NCBI GenBank assembly: GCA_043228905.1
Contig: JBHGNT010000015.1
Span: 14,756,001 to 14,820,000, forward strand
Source of the DNA: Azolla caroliniana
Lineage: Eukaryota > Plantae > Polypodiophyta
DNA length: 64,000 nt
Direction of reading: 5' to 3'
Position numbers and translations under genes: made by a program. Positions 37,955 through 50,480 of the stretch are shown piece after piece (position 1 is the first letter of the stretch; every line of letters begins with the position of its first letter). The notes below the pieces were generated by a model, which ran no database searches, had not been told where the DNA came from, and saw nothing but the letters and a program-made list of their open reading frames with translations.

Positions 37955-39433
37955 TGACCCAGGCAACCTAAGATAGGCTAACGAGAGGGTATGCATCCCT
38001 CTCACTCTTAGAGAGACAATGCCATCAGGCATACTTTCAAGAGCCACAGACTAAGGGATGGCTCTTCGACTCATTAGTGACCCCTTCCCTCATGTATGCA
38101 TCAGTAGTATGGGCTCCAGGTCTACCATCTTTCATGTGGACGCAATTAGAGAGACCTTTGGTGATGATGTTATCACGTCAACTCCGAAGCAAATCGACAA
38201 TACCACATGACATTATTAGAGCAGAGTTCAGTTTGGCCCCGATGTTAGTTTTTGCACTTTTCCAAGTGGTAGTTTTTATTCATAAGATACATAGCCAGCC
38301 ACAAGATAGGATATCCCATCGAGCTTTTGAGGCATCCGATCCCTATATGCGTCCGGAGACACTAGCTCTTGGTATAGCACTGTAGTGAGTTGGTTACTTG
38401 CAAATGGTATAGACATTAATAACCTACCTCCCCTTAAGTACAATCGTGGGACTGATCAAACTTTAATCTCTTATGAAGTTTGTAAGAAAGTAATACACCA
38501 AGAAATATGGCAAATTTACATCTTGAGAGCCACTCCCATCTAAAATGTTGTACTATAAGGAACACTTCTTGCACTTCTCTAAGTTAGGTTTTATTACATG
38601 ACCAAAATATCTGGATACATTCTTATCGAATGCACTAAGGGTGGCCATTGGACAACTTAGGGTATCATCTCACCAACTTGAGATTGAGAATGGTCGTGCT
38701 AATAGAGTTCCTAGAGAGGAAAGGCTATGTAGGCTATGTCACATAGAGATAGAGGATGAGTATCACTTTACATGCAAGTGTCCGACTTATACCGAGATAA
38801 GGGCAAAATACCAAGACATACTAGGACCCTCTCCCACTCTCTCTAGACTATTAGATACCCCGGATATAAAGAGATTAGGTAGGTATATCTTAGAGCTAAA
38901 ACAACATAGGGAGAATAAATTACAAAGTGTTAACCATAACCCTTTTAGTATTCACCAACATGTAACTAATGTAATTTTTCAGGAACAAGGGGAGACGATG
39001 AATGTGGACACACCTACACCACTCGGCCTCTCTCTTGATGAAGCAAAAATGCAAAGAACAACCAAACACCCTCGGATATTAGGCTTCAAAGTTCCTCGAT
39101 GTGGAGTAGAAACGATTAAGAAGATAAGGGAACGTGAGCTACACTGCCTAGAAGTTATGGTTGGGGTACCTTTTACATTAGGACCACAGACCACATCCAC
39201 ATCGAAACCCTTTGACCTCCTGCTTCTTTTTGAGAGACTTGGTTGGAAATGAAACTCGGCCTAGTATAAAGCCATTTCTTTATGGAACATGTTTTTTTAC
39301 TAGAACTGTTTAGCTTAAACTCTATTTTATTTTATTTTTACTTTCGATGAATGGGTAAACACCCCATTTTGGTTGTAAAACAATTGTCTCATGGGCCAAT
39401 TTTGGTCTTAGAAGACGTTAATATATCTTTCTT

Positions 39434-39478
<45 letters not shown>
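37955..39478 (+). mobile_element. 5'-truncated non-L1 LINE (RTEX/L2/CR1-group-like) with C-terminal CCHC finger and (CT)n tail
   Basis: MYASVVW...IIRAEF RT thumb. LRVSSHQLEIENGR...RLCRLCHIEIEDEYHFTCKCPTY. Ends GACGTTAATATATCT(CT)n. Left boundary approximate. Confidence 0.75.
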
Positions 39479-39482
<4 letters not shown>

Positions 39483-41109
39483 ATTTAACCTCTTCTACTC
39501 GTTTGTGACAGTTTGTTCACCTTCCATCTTCTTACTACCATGTTCGACTCTATCAACAACCAAAACAAATAATGGCAGCCTTGGAACAACTTCAACTAGA
39601 AAATGAAATCCTTCATAAATCTTTACGAGAGCTTCAAAATGGCAGCACCTCCAACAACCCCCCACCCGCTGAGCGTCACCCTTTGTCAGCACCTAGCCCA
39701 ACCCCTTCCTCGTCCCATCCATATGTCCTAGAACCTAGTGTCAGCCTACTCGACAAATTCATCGGCTTGACGGCGCATCTTTGCGGCTTCATTAATCAAA
39801 TTCAGCTTATCATCTGTTTACAGCCCCAACGTTATGCTAGCGATTTCACTCGGGTCAGCCTCGTTGGCACCCTTCTCTTCGGATTGACACAAGCGTGGTT
39901 TGCGCCATTGATCGAAACCTCATCCCCACTGTTAGACAACTTTCTTGCCTTCCTTGCGGAGCTTGAAGCAACGTTCGGAGAGACAAACCGATGTCGAACG
40001 ACACTCACGAAGCTCTATTCCTTGCAACAAGCTCTTGTCTAGCATCAGTCTGTACTTCAGAGTTTCGTTAGATCGCATCTGATGTCAGTTGGGATGACCA
40101 ACTTGAAGCCTTATGCGATCACTTTCGTCGAGGTCTTTGAAATGATGTCAAGACTCTTCTCTTAAACTTTCCGGAGCCCACATCGTTGTTTCAAGTAATC
40201 TCCCAAGCTGTTCAATGTGCTAATCGTCTTTTTGAGCTTTGACAGGAGGAATGTGGGACTCGAGGATTTCAGTCTTCCTCTCACAACGCTCCCATCACAA
40301 GGCCATATGTATTAGTTTCGCCAACCAAGCCATGGTTGGCATCCATCAATAATACTCATACCCAGATGGAGGTCGACCCCCATACTCCAATGGATATTGA
40401 CCATGCTCGGTTCCAACCATTAACTGATGACCAATGACAACATCAACGTGACAATGGCCTCTACCTCTATTGTGGTACCCCCCCGGCCATGTCATTCGCC
40501 ACTGCCCGGTGCGAGGCCCTCGATATCAATCCCACCGTGCACGACTTGCGAAGGTTTCTCGACAACAGGAAAACAACCAAGCCTGGCTGTAGTAGGAGTC
40601 GTGCCGCTGGACATTTCTTGTTACCCTACTTCTCCATGCTCCTACAATTCAGTTACACCAACAAGAGGTTTTACAAATTGGAAGTAAGTCTTTGTTTTGG
40701 GTCTACTTCAATACAATCCCATGCCTTGCTCAATTCTGGTGCATCTACCTGTTTCATCGATATCTCATTCGTTCAAGCACATAATATCCCCACCGTCCGC
40801 ATAATACAACCCATATCCGTTGAAGCTATCGACGAACGGGTTCTCTCTTCGGGGGCGGTTACCGAAGCCATTGTCCCATTGGTGCTTCAAGTTGGGCCTC
40901 ACCAGGAGGTATTAACGTTTTACCTCATTGCAACCCCTCGACATCTGATTGTTTTAGGGCTATCCTGGTTGGAAACACACAATCCGAATGTGGATTGGTG
41001 CAACCATTCCATCACTTTTTCACAAACACCAACGCAGGTCACGAATCCTTGCCCCATTACTTGTGTGGGGGCTGCTTTTAGCTTGGTTGCACATTCTTCC
41101 GATTTCAAC

Positions 41110-41760
41110 TCAGTCTTCGACACTAGAAAAATGGTTTGGTAGATGGGATGCAAGATACTTGCTTCATGATGCATCACTAGATTCCTTTGTAAATGAGGCC
41201 TTTTTGCAACATCAATGTATCATGACATGGGACAAATGTGGAGGATCACGGTTCACACATTATACTACACATGTTGCACCTAACTACAAAACCATATTCT
41301 TTGCGGACCGGGGAAACCATACACATTGATACATGTTAGAGCATTATTTGCCATTCAAACCATTGCTTCCATGCGACTTAGCTCACATGCATTGCGATGT
41401 GAGACGGGGCATTGGGGCACAAGTGATGAGAGTAGTTGGCTATGCACACTTTGCCCTAAACAAGTTTGTGAGTTTGAGTATCATAGTTTGATATAATGCT
41501 CTACCTTTGATCATATTCGACCATGCTTTCCATATCTCTTCGAACGAGCCCAATCCTTGCATGAATTCCTCTCACAACCACAATGTGGACTCTCGATTGC
41601 AACATTCATTGGTAAAGTTCTTGAACATTGAGAGTCACTACTCACTTTCACACGTATCACGTGAAATGTAATATTCTGGTCTCATAGGTCATATTTGACT
41701 TCCGGAGACGATAATATAATCTCTCTCTCTCTCTCTCTCACTCACTCACTCACTCTCTCT
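41110..41760 (+). mobile_element. Second 5'-truncated LINE of the same clade
   Basis: Translation MRLSSHALRCETGHW..LCTLCPKQVCEFEYHSLI*C (41371-41500). Ends GACGATAATATAATCT(CT)n. Confidence 0.7.
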
Positions 41761-42290
41761 TGTCAATCCATTCCATTATGTTCTAGCTTCACTTACATGG
41801 TATTAGAGTTGAGTTGCATGATCTAAATCTTATTTCCATACTCTTCTATAACCAACAAAACTCACCACAACTTATTTCAGATAAACAAATCTCACTACTA
41901 TCACTATGGCAAGCTCAAGCAGAAAATATACCTTGGACAAATTGACAGAGAAAAACTACAAAACATGGAAGACTCGGATGGAGCTCCTACTTAATTTGAG
42001 GAGCTCCTCAAAGTCATAACTGGCGCCAGTTGAGAACTTGAAAATCAATTGTCAAAGAAAATGGAAGGAGTGGCGAAAGCTGGACAAAAGAGCTAGACTT
42101 AGGGTTTAGGGTTGAATGTAGATGAAAAATAGTTAGATGTTATTCGAAAACTCATAACTACAATTGCAATGTGGGCAAAACTGAAGGAACTATATGAACC
42201 TCAAGATGGTACACTAAATTTCACACCTTAGCCACACAATTTAATATGTGTGTTTTATAGCAAGAAGAAGATGTCCCTACCTTCTTATCA
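41760..42290 (+). mobile_element. Copia 5' fragment: LTR end, tRNA-iMet PBS, gag start
   Basis: TTACA-TGGTATTAGAG at 41793-41808. MASSSRKYTLDKLTEKNYKTWKTRMELLL from 41906. Confidence 0.7.
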
Positions 42291-42294
42291 ACCT

Positions 42295-43729
42295 AGGAGG
42301 TAGCCATGATTGTAGGGCCATTTCTGGCACACCCTAAATTCTCGACATATTCCGAGAATGCAGCCAAGACATGTAGCTGAGAGTACGGCCAAGTGATGGC
42401 TGAGAGACGGTTGGGCCGAGAATCGGCTGAGAGATCAACGTCTACCAAGAGCCTACCGAGATACAACTGACGTCCGACGGAGCGGACGAACGACGACAGA
42501 TGGTGGCAGAGCCGGAAAGACAGTCCGGAAGCCGTACAAAGCCGGCCATCGAGAGATGGCTGAAATCTGACAGGTGTTTGGAAAGACACGGCCAAATCGA
42601 GAGCCTACTGTTTGAACAACCGCCGAATAGTGGCGGCCGAGCTGATGGCGACGACCGTAGAGCAGAGAGCGTTCGACAACCACAGCTGGCCTAGACAGAA
42701 GGACGACCACGGATGGAAATGGCCATAGATGACCAATGGAAGAAGAGAAAGACAGAAACAACAGATAGAAAGGAAGAAATCAGAGGAGGACAACGACAAA
42801 GAAGGAGAAGAAGGAGAAAAACGAAGAAGCAACAAGAAGAGAAGACGATGAAGAAGATAAAGAAGAAAACGAAATCGACAGACAGAGAGGAGAACAAAGA
42901 AAGAACAAGAAAATAAGAAAGCAAGAGAGAAAGAGAAATGGGCGGAGAGGAAAATTTCAATAATTCAAGGGCATACCATCGAATTTCAGAAGCTCGAGTG
43001 CAGATGAGAAAAGTTTAGAAAATGGAGGGTAGAAAATAAAAATTTAAAAACATGAGGGTAAAAACTAGAATTTCAAAAAATAAGTTGTACAAATCATGTT
43101 TGAAAACAAAACTCAAATGATGAAAGAAAGAATACACAAACGCACAACACAATTTCACGAGCCATGCCACATTGAACTAGCCGATTGGTGTATGATCCGA
43201 TCGCGACTTGTGTTGACCGAATGAGAAGGTTCGAGTCAAGCAACGCTTCGATCGAAGTTATTGATCGTAGACCAGTGATCCGGTCGAGGGATTTCTGACC
43301 GTTTAGACGACCGATGGAGTTCCGGTCGAGAAGAGTTGCCATGGCGAGTGGGTACACCGTGCAATGCACTCTCCCACAGGCGTGCCATGTGTTACCCGTA
43401 AGAATATATGGGGATGCATAAGGGTATGTGTAATGATGTGGTTGATGTGTATATATAATATGAATGAGTGTGTGAGGATGAGTATGTGTATGTGTATGAA
43501 CACATGCACATTTGTGTGCATGTGTACAAAGGTGGGAAAGTGGGTAAGTAATGTAACTCCCTACTTGTCTTATTCTTTATTTGTAACGGTTCCCTTTTGT
43601 ACTATATAAACCCCACCCATGGGGCATAATGAAAGATATCTCATTTTGTGTCATTCCTTATTTGTTTTTCACTCTCTCTCCCTCACACATAATTCCCCTT
43701 GGGAGGGGGGTGAAGCCTACCCAATAACA
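42295..43729 (-). mobile_element. 5' LTR (43390-43729) and long leader of an LTR element with a tRNA-Arg-like PBS (Tat/Ogre-like)
   Basis: TGTTA...TAACA termini. Minus-strand TGGCACGCCTGTGGGA 2 nt after the LTR. The leader has no recognisable domain. Confidence 0.55.
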
Positions 43730-44193
43730 CTGAGAGATGGAACCGGACAATGGTTGAAGCAGCCAGGGCAATGCTGGAGGAGAAGAGCATGCCCAGGATC
43801 TATTGGGCCGAAGAAATCCGGACGACTGTCTATATTCAGAATCGGATTTCTAATTCTGGAGCAAGGATGTCGCTGCATGAGTTGTATTTCGGGTGCAAGC
43901 TGAACTTGGGACATCTTAGGGTGTTTAGTAGCATTGCTTATGTGCATGTGACGAACAAGAAGCGGAGGAAGCTAGATGCCAAGGTCGAGAAGTGTATCTT
44001 AGTTGGCTACTCACACGAGCAGAAGGGGTACAAATGCTACAACCCTTGGACAACGCAAGTGCGGGTGAGCCTCGATGTTGTCTTTGATGAATCAACATCC
44101 TGGTACTCCCTTCCATCTACGACCCCCGAAGACTTCGAGCCGATTGCTGGAGATGAGCCCAATGAGAAAGAAGACATTGGATCTCAAGAGGAG
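43730..44193 (+). pseudogene. Copia integrase fragment
   Basis: VEAARAML..YWAEEIRTTVYIQNR..RRKLDAKVEKCILVGYS..KGYKCYNP..VSLDVVFDE. Confidence 0.85.
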
Positions 44194-47100
44194 TGTCAAG
44201 AATAGTACTGAGACAAAGAAGAAATTAGTATTAAGAGAGAAATATTAGTACTAAGAGGAATAGAGGATGTAGAACACTCGAGAGAAGGAGAGAGAGAGAG
44301 AGAGATCGAGCGATATATTATGTGAGAAGAATATACAAGGAAGGCTAGGAGGCTTAAGACTGGCGTTGAACCGATTTGGTTCGAAATAATGCCTTCTGCG
44401 TCCTTTTATAGTGTTCTCAGGAGTAGTCCTGAAGCTTCTAGAATGTTCCAGAGAAATCTGGAATATACATTAATTTTCTATAGTAAAATTTAAATAAAAA
44501 TATTATCTTACGTATTACAATAGATAGTGTAATGGTCAAGAGCTCGACCCATGTAACATAAGGTCATGGGTTCGAGTCTTGCCATATCATGACACTATCC
44601 CCCCCTTAAAACGACGAGTGTCACGAGGCATTTTGGATTGAGGACCCGATTTATCTGGATATTGACGATGGAAGTCTTCAAGAAGAGCACGAGCATTGGT
44701 CACATTCTCTATTGGTTCCCAAGTATGCTCGTTGGGACTATATCCTTGCCAATCAACTAAATAGTAAAGCTTGTTGCGAACAATCTTGGAATTGAGGATG
44801 GCGGCAACCTCGTACTCGGGTCCATCTTCAAGTTAGATCGGGGGTGGAGGTTGTGGAATACGTCTAGGGATGGTGTTGTCTTGATAGGGTTCGAGGATAG
44901 AACTATGAAACACCGGATGTATGCGAAGTTGGGGGGGTAGATCGAGACGAAAGGTGACATCATTAATCTTTCCAATAATACGGAAAGGACCTAATCGTCG
45001 ATAATCCAACTTCTCTCATGGGCGAGTAGTCTTGATGTGTCATCGTAGTAGCTATACCCGATCTGTAATGTTAAAACTGGATGGAAGCCGATGAAGATCC
45101 GCGTAAACCTTGTGTGTTTGTTGAGCTTGCTATAGATGAGTAGATAAATTTGCTTGTATCTTGTGTAACCGTTCCAAATGATCCTCTGTGCAAGGATTTG
45201 TGGGTAACTCTAGGGTTTTCAAATATACACCATTGGGGGTGACAACCCGTATAAGCATAAAATGACATAACTTTACTCGATGAGTGGACAGAGTTATTAT
45301 AGGTAAATTTGGCAAAGTGGAGAATATCTGCCCAGTCATCCTGATGATAGCTTAGAAAGCACGGAAGATACTGCTCCAACATTTGATTTGTTCGTTCTGC
45401 TTAGTCGTTGGTTTGCGGGTTACCTACAAGTGACCTTGAGCATTTTAAAAAGGTGCTTCCAGAATTTCGAGACAAACTAGGGTCCACGGTCGCTGATGAT
45501 ATTATCAGGAAGGCCATGATGCCAACATACTTCACGCATGACAATTTCGACGATTTCTTCATTGGAGATTTCCTTAGTACATGGCAGGAAATGAGTCATC
45601 TTCGTATATCGATCCACTACTGTTAAAATCGCATTGAATCCCTTAGAGACTAGAAGATCTGTGATGAAATCTAGAGCAATGGATTGCCATGGCTTGCTTG
45701 GAATTGGTAATGGTTCTAATAAACCATATGGATGATGCCTTGGCATTTTTGCTCTGCAACATGTATCACAAGTCCGAACAAAATCTTCGACAAATTGTCA
45801 CATAGAGGGCCACCAGAATGATCCTTGTACTAAATCTAATGTCTTAGTACTACCAAAATGCCCAGTTGTATATGTGTCATGACAGTTTTGGACTACTCGA
45901 AGGCGGCAAGAACCATTAGGAACATCCAAGAGTTTCTTAAAGAATAGTAATCCATCATGACATTCGAATTGTCGATAGTTTGTACCTGGTTGTGGCGATT
46001 GTGAACAAGATGCTCGAGAGGGATCAATTTGTGCTAGAATGGCTTGCGCGAAAGCATATGTCTTCAAGTCCTCACATATGGTATCGATAACGTGAGAATC
46101 CAAGGGCATGCCGAAGACCTATGTTGCTTGCAGTCGTGCCAGTCCCAAGATTACTTGCTTTTGGTTATCGAAAGCTGGCTCGCCGGGACACGGTGCTAAA
46201 TACGAATGTCGTGATAATGCATCTGCCTTCCCTTGGTGCTTCCCCGGACGATATGTAATTTTGTAGTCGAAACATGTGAGGAATTGGGCCCACTGAGCTT
46301 GACGTTGATTCAACACATGAGCACTCTGAAAGTAGGCAAGGTTTTTGTGATCACTGAATACGGTGACTTGATGAGAGGATCCCTCTAGAAAATGCCTCCA
46401 TTGCATAAAAGAGTCCACTATTGCTAATAGCTCCTTATCACGAATTTCATAGTTGATTTCGGCGGCGTCAAACTTGCGTGAGTGGAAAGCCACAGGATGT
46501 AGGTTTTCATCACTACCTTGTTGTGATAGAATGCTACCCAATGCAAAATCCGACGCGTTCGCTTCCATGATGAATGGTTTTTCCGGATCAACATGAGCTA
46601 GAATAGGAGCCGATGTAAATGCCTTCTTAAGATTCTCAAAAGCCATGTCCACTTCTTTAGACCAAACGAATGATTGTCCCTTCTTAGTAAGTTGTGTGAG
46701 AGGCAGAACAAGCTTTGAGTAATCCTGTATAAACTCGCGGTAGAAATTGGCAAAGCCTAAAAAGCATTGCACATCTCTCAACGAACGAGTTTGCCACTCT
46801 ACCACCATTTTGACCTTAGCTGGATCCAAGGAGATGCCTTCCGAGGAGATGACATAGCCCAGAAATTCCACATGGTTGCACCCGAAACTACATTTTTCCA
46901 GCTTTGCATAAATACCATGTTCTCAAAGTTGTTTTAGTACTAACAATACATGAGAATCATGCTCTTCTGGGGTATTCGAATAAACCAGTAGATCATCCAA
47001 ATAGATGATCAAACAAGAATCCAAGAGATCTCGGAATATATCATTTGCCATGTGCTAGAAGACTGTTGGTGCATTAGTGAGGCCAAACGGCATGACCATG

Positions 47101-47920
47101 TACTCGAAGTGCCCATATCTGGTGCGAAACACGGTCTTCCATTCATCTCCTAGTCAGATCCGTACGAGGTTATATGCTCCCTGTAAGTCGATCTTCATGA
47201 AGAACCTTGCACTATTGATCCGTTCAAAAAGACTTCAGATAAGGGGAAGTGCATACCTATTTCTGATGGTGACCTTATTCAAGCCATGGTAATCTACAAC
47301 GAGACAAAGTGATCCATCCTTTTTTACGAAGAAAATGGGTGCGCCAGCTAGAGATTTCGAATGCCGAATAAACCATTTTCCAAATTCTCCTCTATATAGG
47401 CTCGAAGGACCTCTAGCTCGGTTGGTGACAAATTGTAGATCGGTCCCCATGGTGGCTCTTTTCCCGGTTGTAAATCGATGGGGCAATTATACGGTCGATG
47501 GTGAGGAAGTGTATTGGCTTGCACTTTATCGAACACATCGGCATATTTATGATACTTCTTTGGAAGTTGAATGGTGGACTCCTCTTTAGTGGTGTCGGAG
47601 GGTTTTACTAATATTGCGAAGAGAAACATTTCTTCCTTGCACCCTTCTTCCCGCAACTGATGTAACGAAATGGTTGCAATCTTATGAGTAGATCCTCAGG
47701 CTTAGCGATACTGGATTTCTCTTGTTCTCCAATCTATGTTTGGGTTATGTAATTTGAACCATGGTAATCCTAAAACAATGGGATATTTTGGGATACTAAT
47801 TATATTAAATGATACTACACACACTATATTATCTAGGACAATATTAACGGGCTCTAACTCTTCTATGATATTTCCGGAAGCAATGGGACGACCATCAATG
47901 ACTACTACATCTCTGACTTT
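44194..47920 (-). mobile_element. Tcn1-like chromoviral Ty3/Gypsy 3' portion: protease-RT-RNaseH-integrase-chromodomain, PPT, 3' LTR 44194-44594
   Basis: [79 protein letters not shown]. Chromodomain EYEVAAILNSKIVRNKLYYLVDWQGYSPNEHTWEPIENV. PPT AAGGGGGGGATAG, LTR TGTCATGA...TTGACA. Confidence 0.92.
44522..44583 (+). promoter_or_regulatory. tRNA-like A-box/B-box cassette at the outer end of the chromovirus LTR
   Basis: TAGTGTAATGGTCAA ... GGGTTCGAGTC, 35-nt spacing. This is the best match to tRNA internal promoter boxes in the window. Confidence 0.65.
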
Positions 47921-50480
47921 GGATAGAACCGGTCGGAATACCAATCGGTCAAGAACGAGGGGAGACCGACAACGATCGAAGTCGAGAAAAAGGCGACAAG
48001 GGGATTTCTACACACACTGCAACAAAGTCGGTCACAACGTTTCCGACTGTTGGTCGATCAAGAGGAAAGAGAGTGGTCGACAATCTGAGCGGAATCGAGG
48101 ACGATCCGACTTGAATAACTGTCTAGTATGCAACCAAGTCAATGTTGTCAACACCCGATCGGGAGAAATCCTCTCCTTAGAGGACTCGGTGATCAGAGAA
48201 GTCCTCTATAGTGCACAAGATACACACATGTGGTTACTGGATTCTGGCACCACATTCCACGTGACCCCTAATATTGAATGGGTTTTGAACTATTCGGTCG
48301 GAGCCAGCGGCACAGTCTGACTAGGCAACGAGTAGGAATGCAAAATTGTTGGAGTCGGCGATGTACCAATCCAATTGTTGAATGGCAACACGATAATCCT
48401 GCACCAAGTTTGACATGTATTGGCACTAAAAAGGAGTCTGGTCTCCATTAGCATGTTAGCCGAAGAAGGGTATTGAACAACTCTTAATGAGTCAACATGG
48501 ATGATCAATCGTGGAAATCTGAAAATAGGAAGCACATGCAAGTACAACACCTTGTATCCAATGATGGTGATCAATCTAGAAGGGGCCGTGAACGTGGCCG
48601 AAAAGACCGACCCGAACCTATGGCATGGCTGACTCGGCCATATGTCTCAAGACGGACTCAATCGGCTAATGGCGGTTGACTACATTCCGAAACTCCAAGC
48701 AAAGATGGACTTTTGTGAGCATTGTCGATATGGGAAACATACGTGAAGTCCGCACTCTCTCCACTATGAGATGGTACGACAACCCCTAGAGCTCGTTCAC
48801 ACAGATATATGTGGGCTTATGCCTGAGCGATCACTAGGTGACTCCTGGTACTTCGTCACATTTGTAGATGACTATACATGGAAGGTTTGGGCCTACTCAA
48901 TTAGGTCCAAAGATGAAGCGCTCAAATTCTTTATTCGGTGCATAGCTGAAGTGGAGAACCAGTCGGGACACAAAGTGAAGACACTCCGATTCGACAACAG
49001 AGGTGAATACACCTCCCGAGCCTTCAAACAATACCTGTTCGACAAAGGGATCAAACATCAAAAGACCGTTCCATACACACCCATGTAGAACAGATCAACC
49101 AAACGATCCAGGAGAGGGTAACGACAATGCTCCAACAAGATAGACTAAAGTTGGAATTCTATGCCGAAGCATTTCAGGCGAAAGTATATTTGATCAATCT
49201 ATCGCCGTCAAAAGCAATCAGGCTCGAAGTGCCACAAGCACTATGGTTAGGCAAACAACCAACCTACGATAGGCTCCATATATTCGGATGCGAAGCCTAC
49301 ACATTCCTCCCGAGGGAGAAAAGGACCAAGTTAGAACCCCATGCAACGAAATGCATATTTCTCGGTTATGGAACCGATGGGGAATTCGGCAACAAGCTAT
49401 GGGACCCAAAGATGAATTAGAGATTTGACAAACAGTTGAACTCAACCAAGCCAACAATACACTTGTCGACTCCGAATCAGTAGTAGGTCCACTAGTCAAA
49501 CTCGAAGACAAAGTCGAATAGACAAGAGTCGACAAAGGAAAAGTAAACAAGGTGCGAGCCAGAAATGACAGAGTCAAAAGAGACAGAGTCGACCCGACTG
49601 AAACACCCAAGGCCAAAGGGAAAAACAAATCCTAGTCGTCTAAGTCCCCTACCTCCAAGTCAATCAATCCCAAAACAGGGGAGGACGACTCAACATCATC
49701 AAGATCCTATCACAAGGACAAGTCATCCAACAGGACTCCTGAAGACTGTCAAACCAACATGAAGGAATTGAACCGACAAAATTGGCACTCAGGAGATGTG
49801 GACGAGCCTGAAGTCCAACAGAGTTCCACCAACCAGGCCTTGACTACGTCAACTACACTGATGCAAGCGAACCAATCACATACAAAGAAGCTATACCCAC
49901 ACCAGACACCAATACATGGCTACAAGCCATGAGATCCAAGATGGACTTGATCCATCAAAACAATACATGGGAGCTGGTCGAACTACCAGCTGGAAGAAAG
50001 TCGTTGCCTTGCAAGTGAGTATTCAGACACAAATACGGATTTGACTCGGAAAAGCCCAAATACAAAGCTCGGCTCGTCGCGAAGGGATTCAAGCAAGAAC
50101 ATGGGATTGACTACGACAAAATATTCTTGCCAGTAGTCAAGATGACCTCTCTCGAGCAACTAGACGTAAAAACGACATTCCTACATGGAGATATGAATGA
50201 AGACATTTACATGTCTCAACCGATAGGTTTCTCGGCGACGGGGGAGGAAATTCATCTTGTATATCGATTGAAGAAAAGCCTATACGGCTTAAAACAAGCG
50301 TCGAGGTTGTGGTACGAGAAGTTCGATTCCTACATCCGACAACTCGGCTACAACCAGTCCGACTCCGACCCATGTTTATATACTCGACAACTGGCGGACG
50401 AGTCCCGGATCTATCTGTTCCTATACTTCGACGACATGCTAATTGCAAGGAGCAATCAAACTGAAATCAGAAAGCTAAAG
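47920..50480 (+). mobile_element. Degenerate Ty1/Copia internal region (gag knuckle, protease, integrase, RT)
   Basis: YTHCNKVGHNVSDC, WLLDSGTTFHVT, LELVHTDICG, TLRFDNRGEY, QLDVKTTFLHGD, LKKSLYGLKQASR, LYFDDML. Confidence 0.88.

Larger units (their letters stand above)
37556..41110 (+). mobile_element. Tcn1/Tf1-like Ty3/Gypsy 5' half: 5' LTR (37556-39510, split by a LINE), self-priming PBS, gag, protease
   Basis: TGTCATGA...GTGACA LTR termini. PBS TTGTTCACCTT 39513-39523. Gag 39572-40042 resembles the PEG10/sushi capsid. Knuckle remnant GLYLYCG, slippery GGAAAAC 40568-40574, protease ALLNSGAST...IVLGLSWLETHNPNVDW. Confidence 0.85.

Noticed and set aside
16582-44583. Calling the LTR cassettes functional tRNA genes
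   Set aside because: No acceptor or anticodon stems can be formed by eye. Only the promoter boxes and their spacing are retained.
37556-47920. Treating the two Tcn1-like halves as one inverted element
   Set aside because: The LTR sequences and predicted self-primer sequences differ, and both halves contain a protease region.
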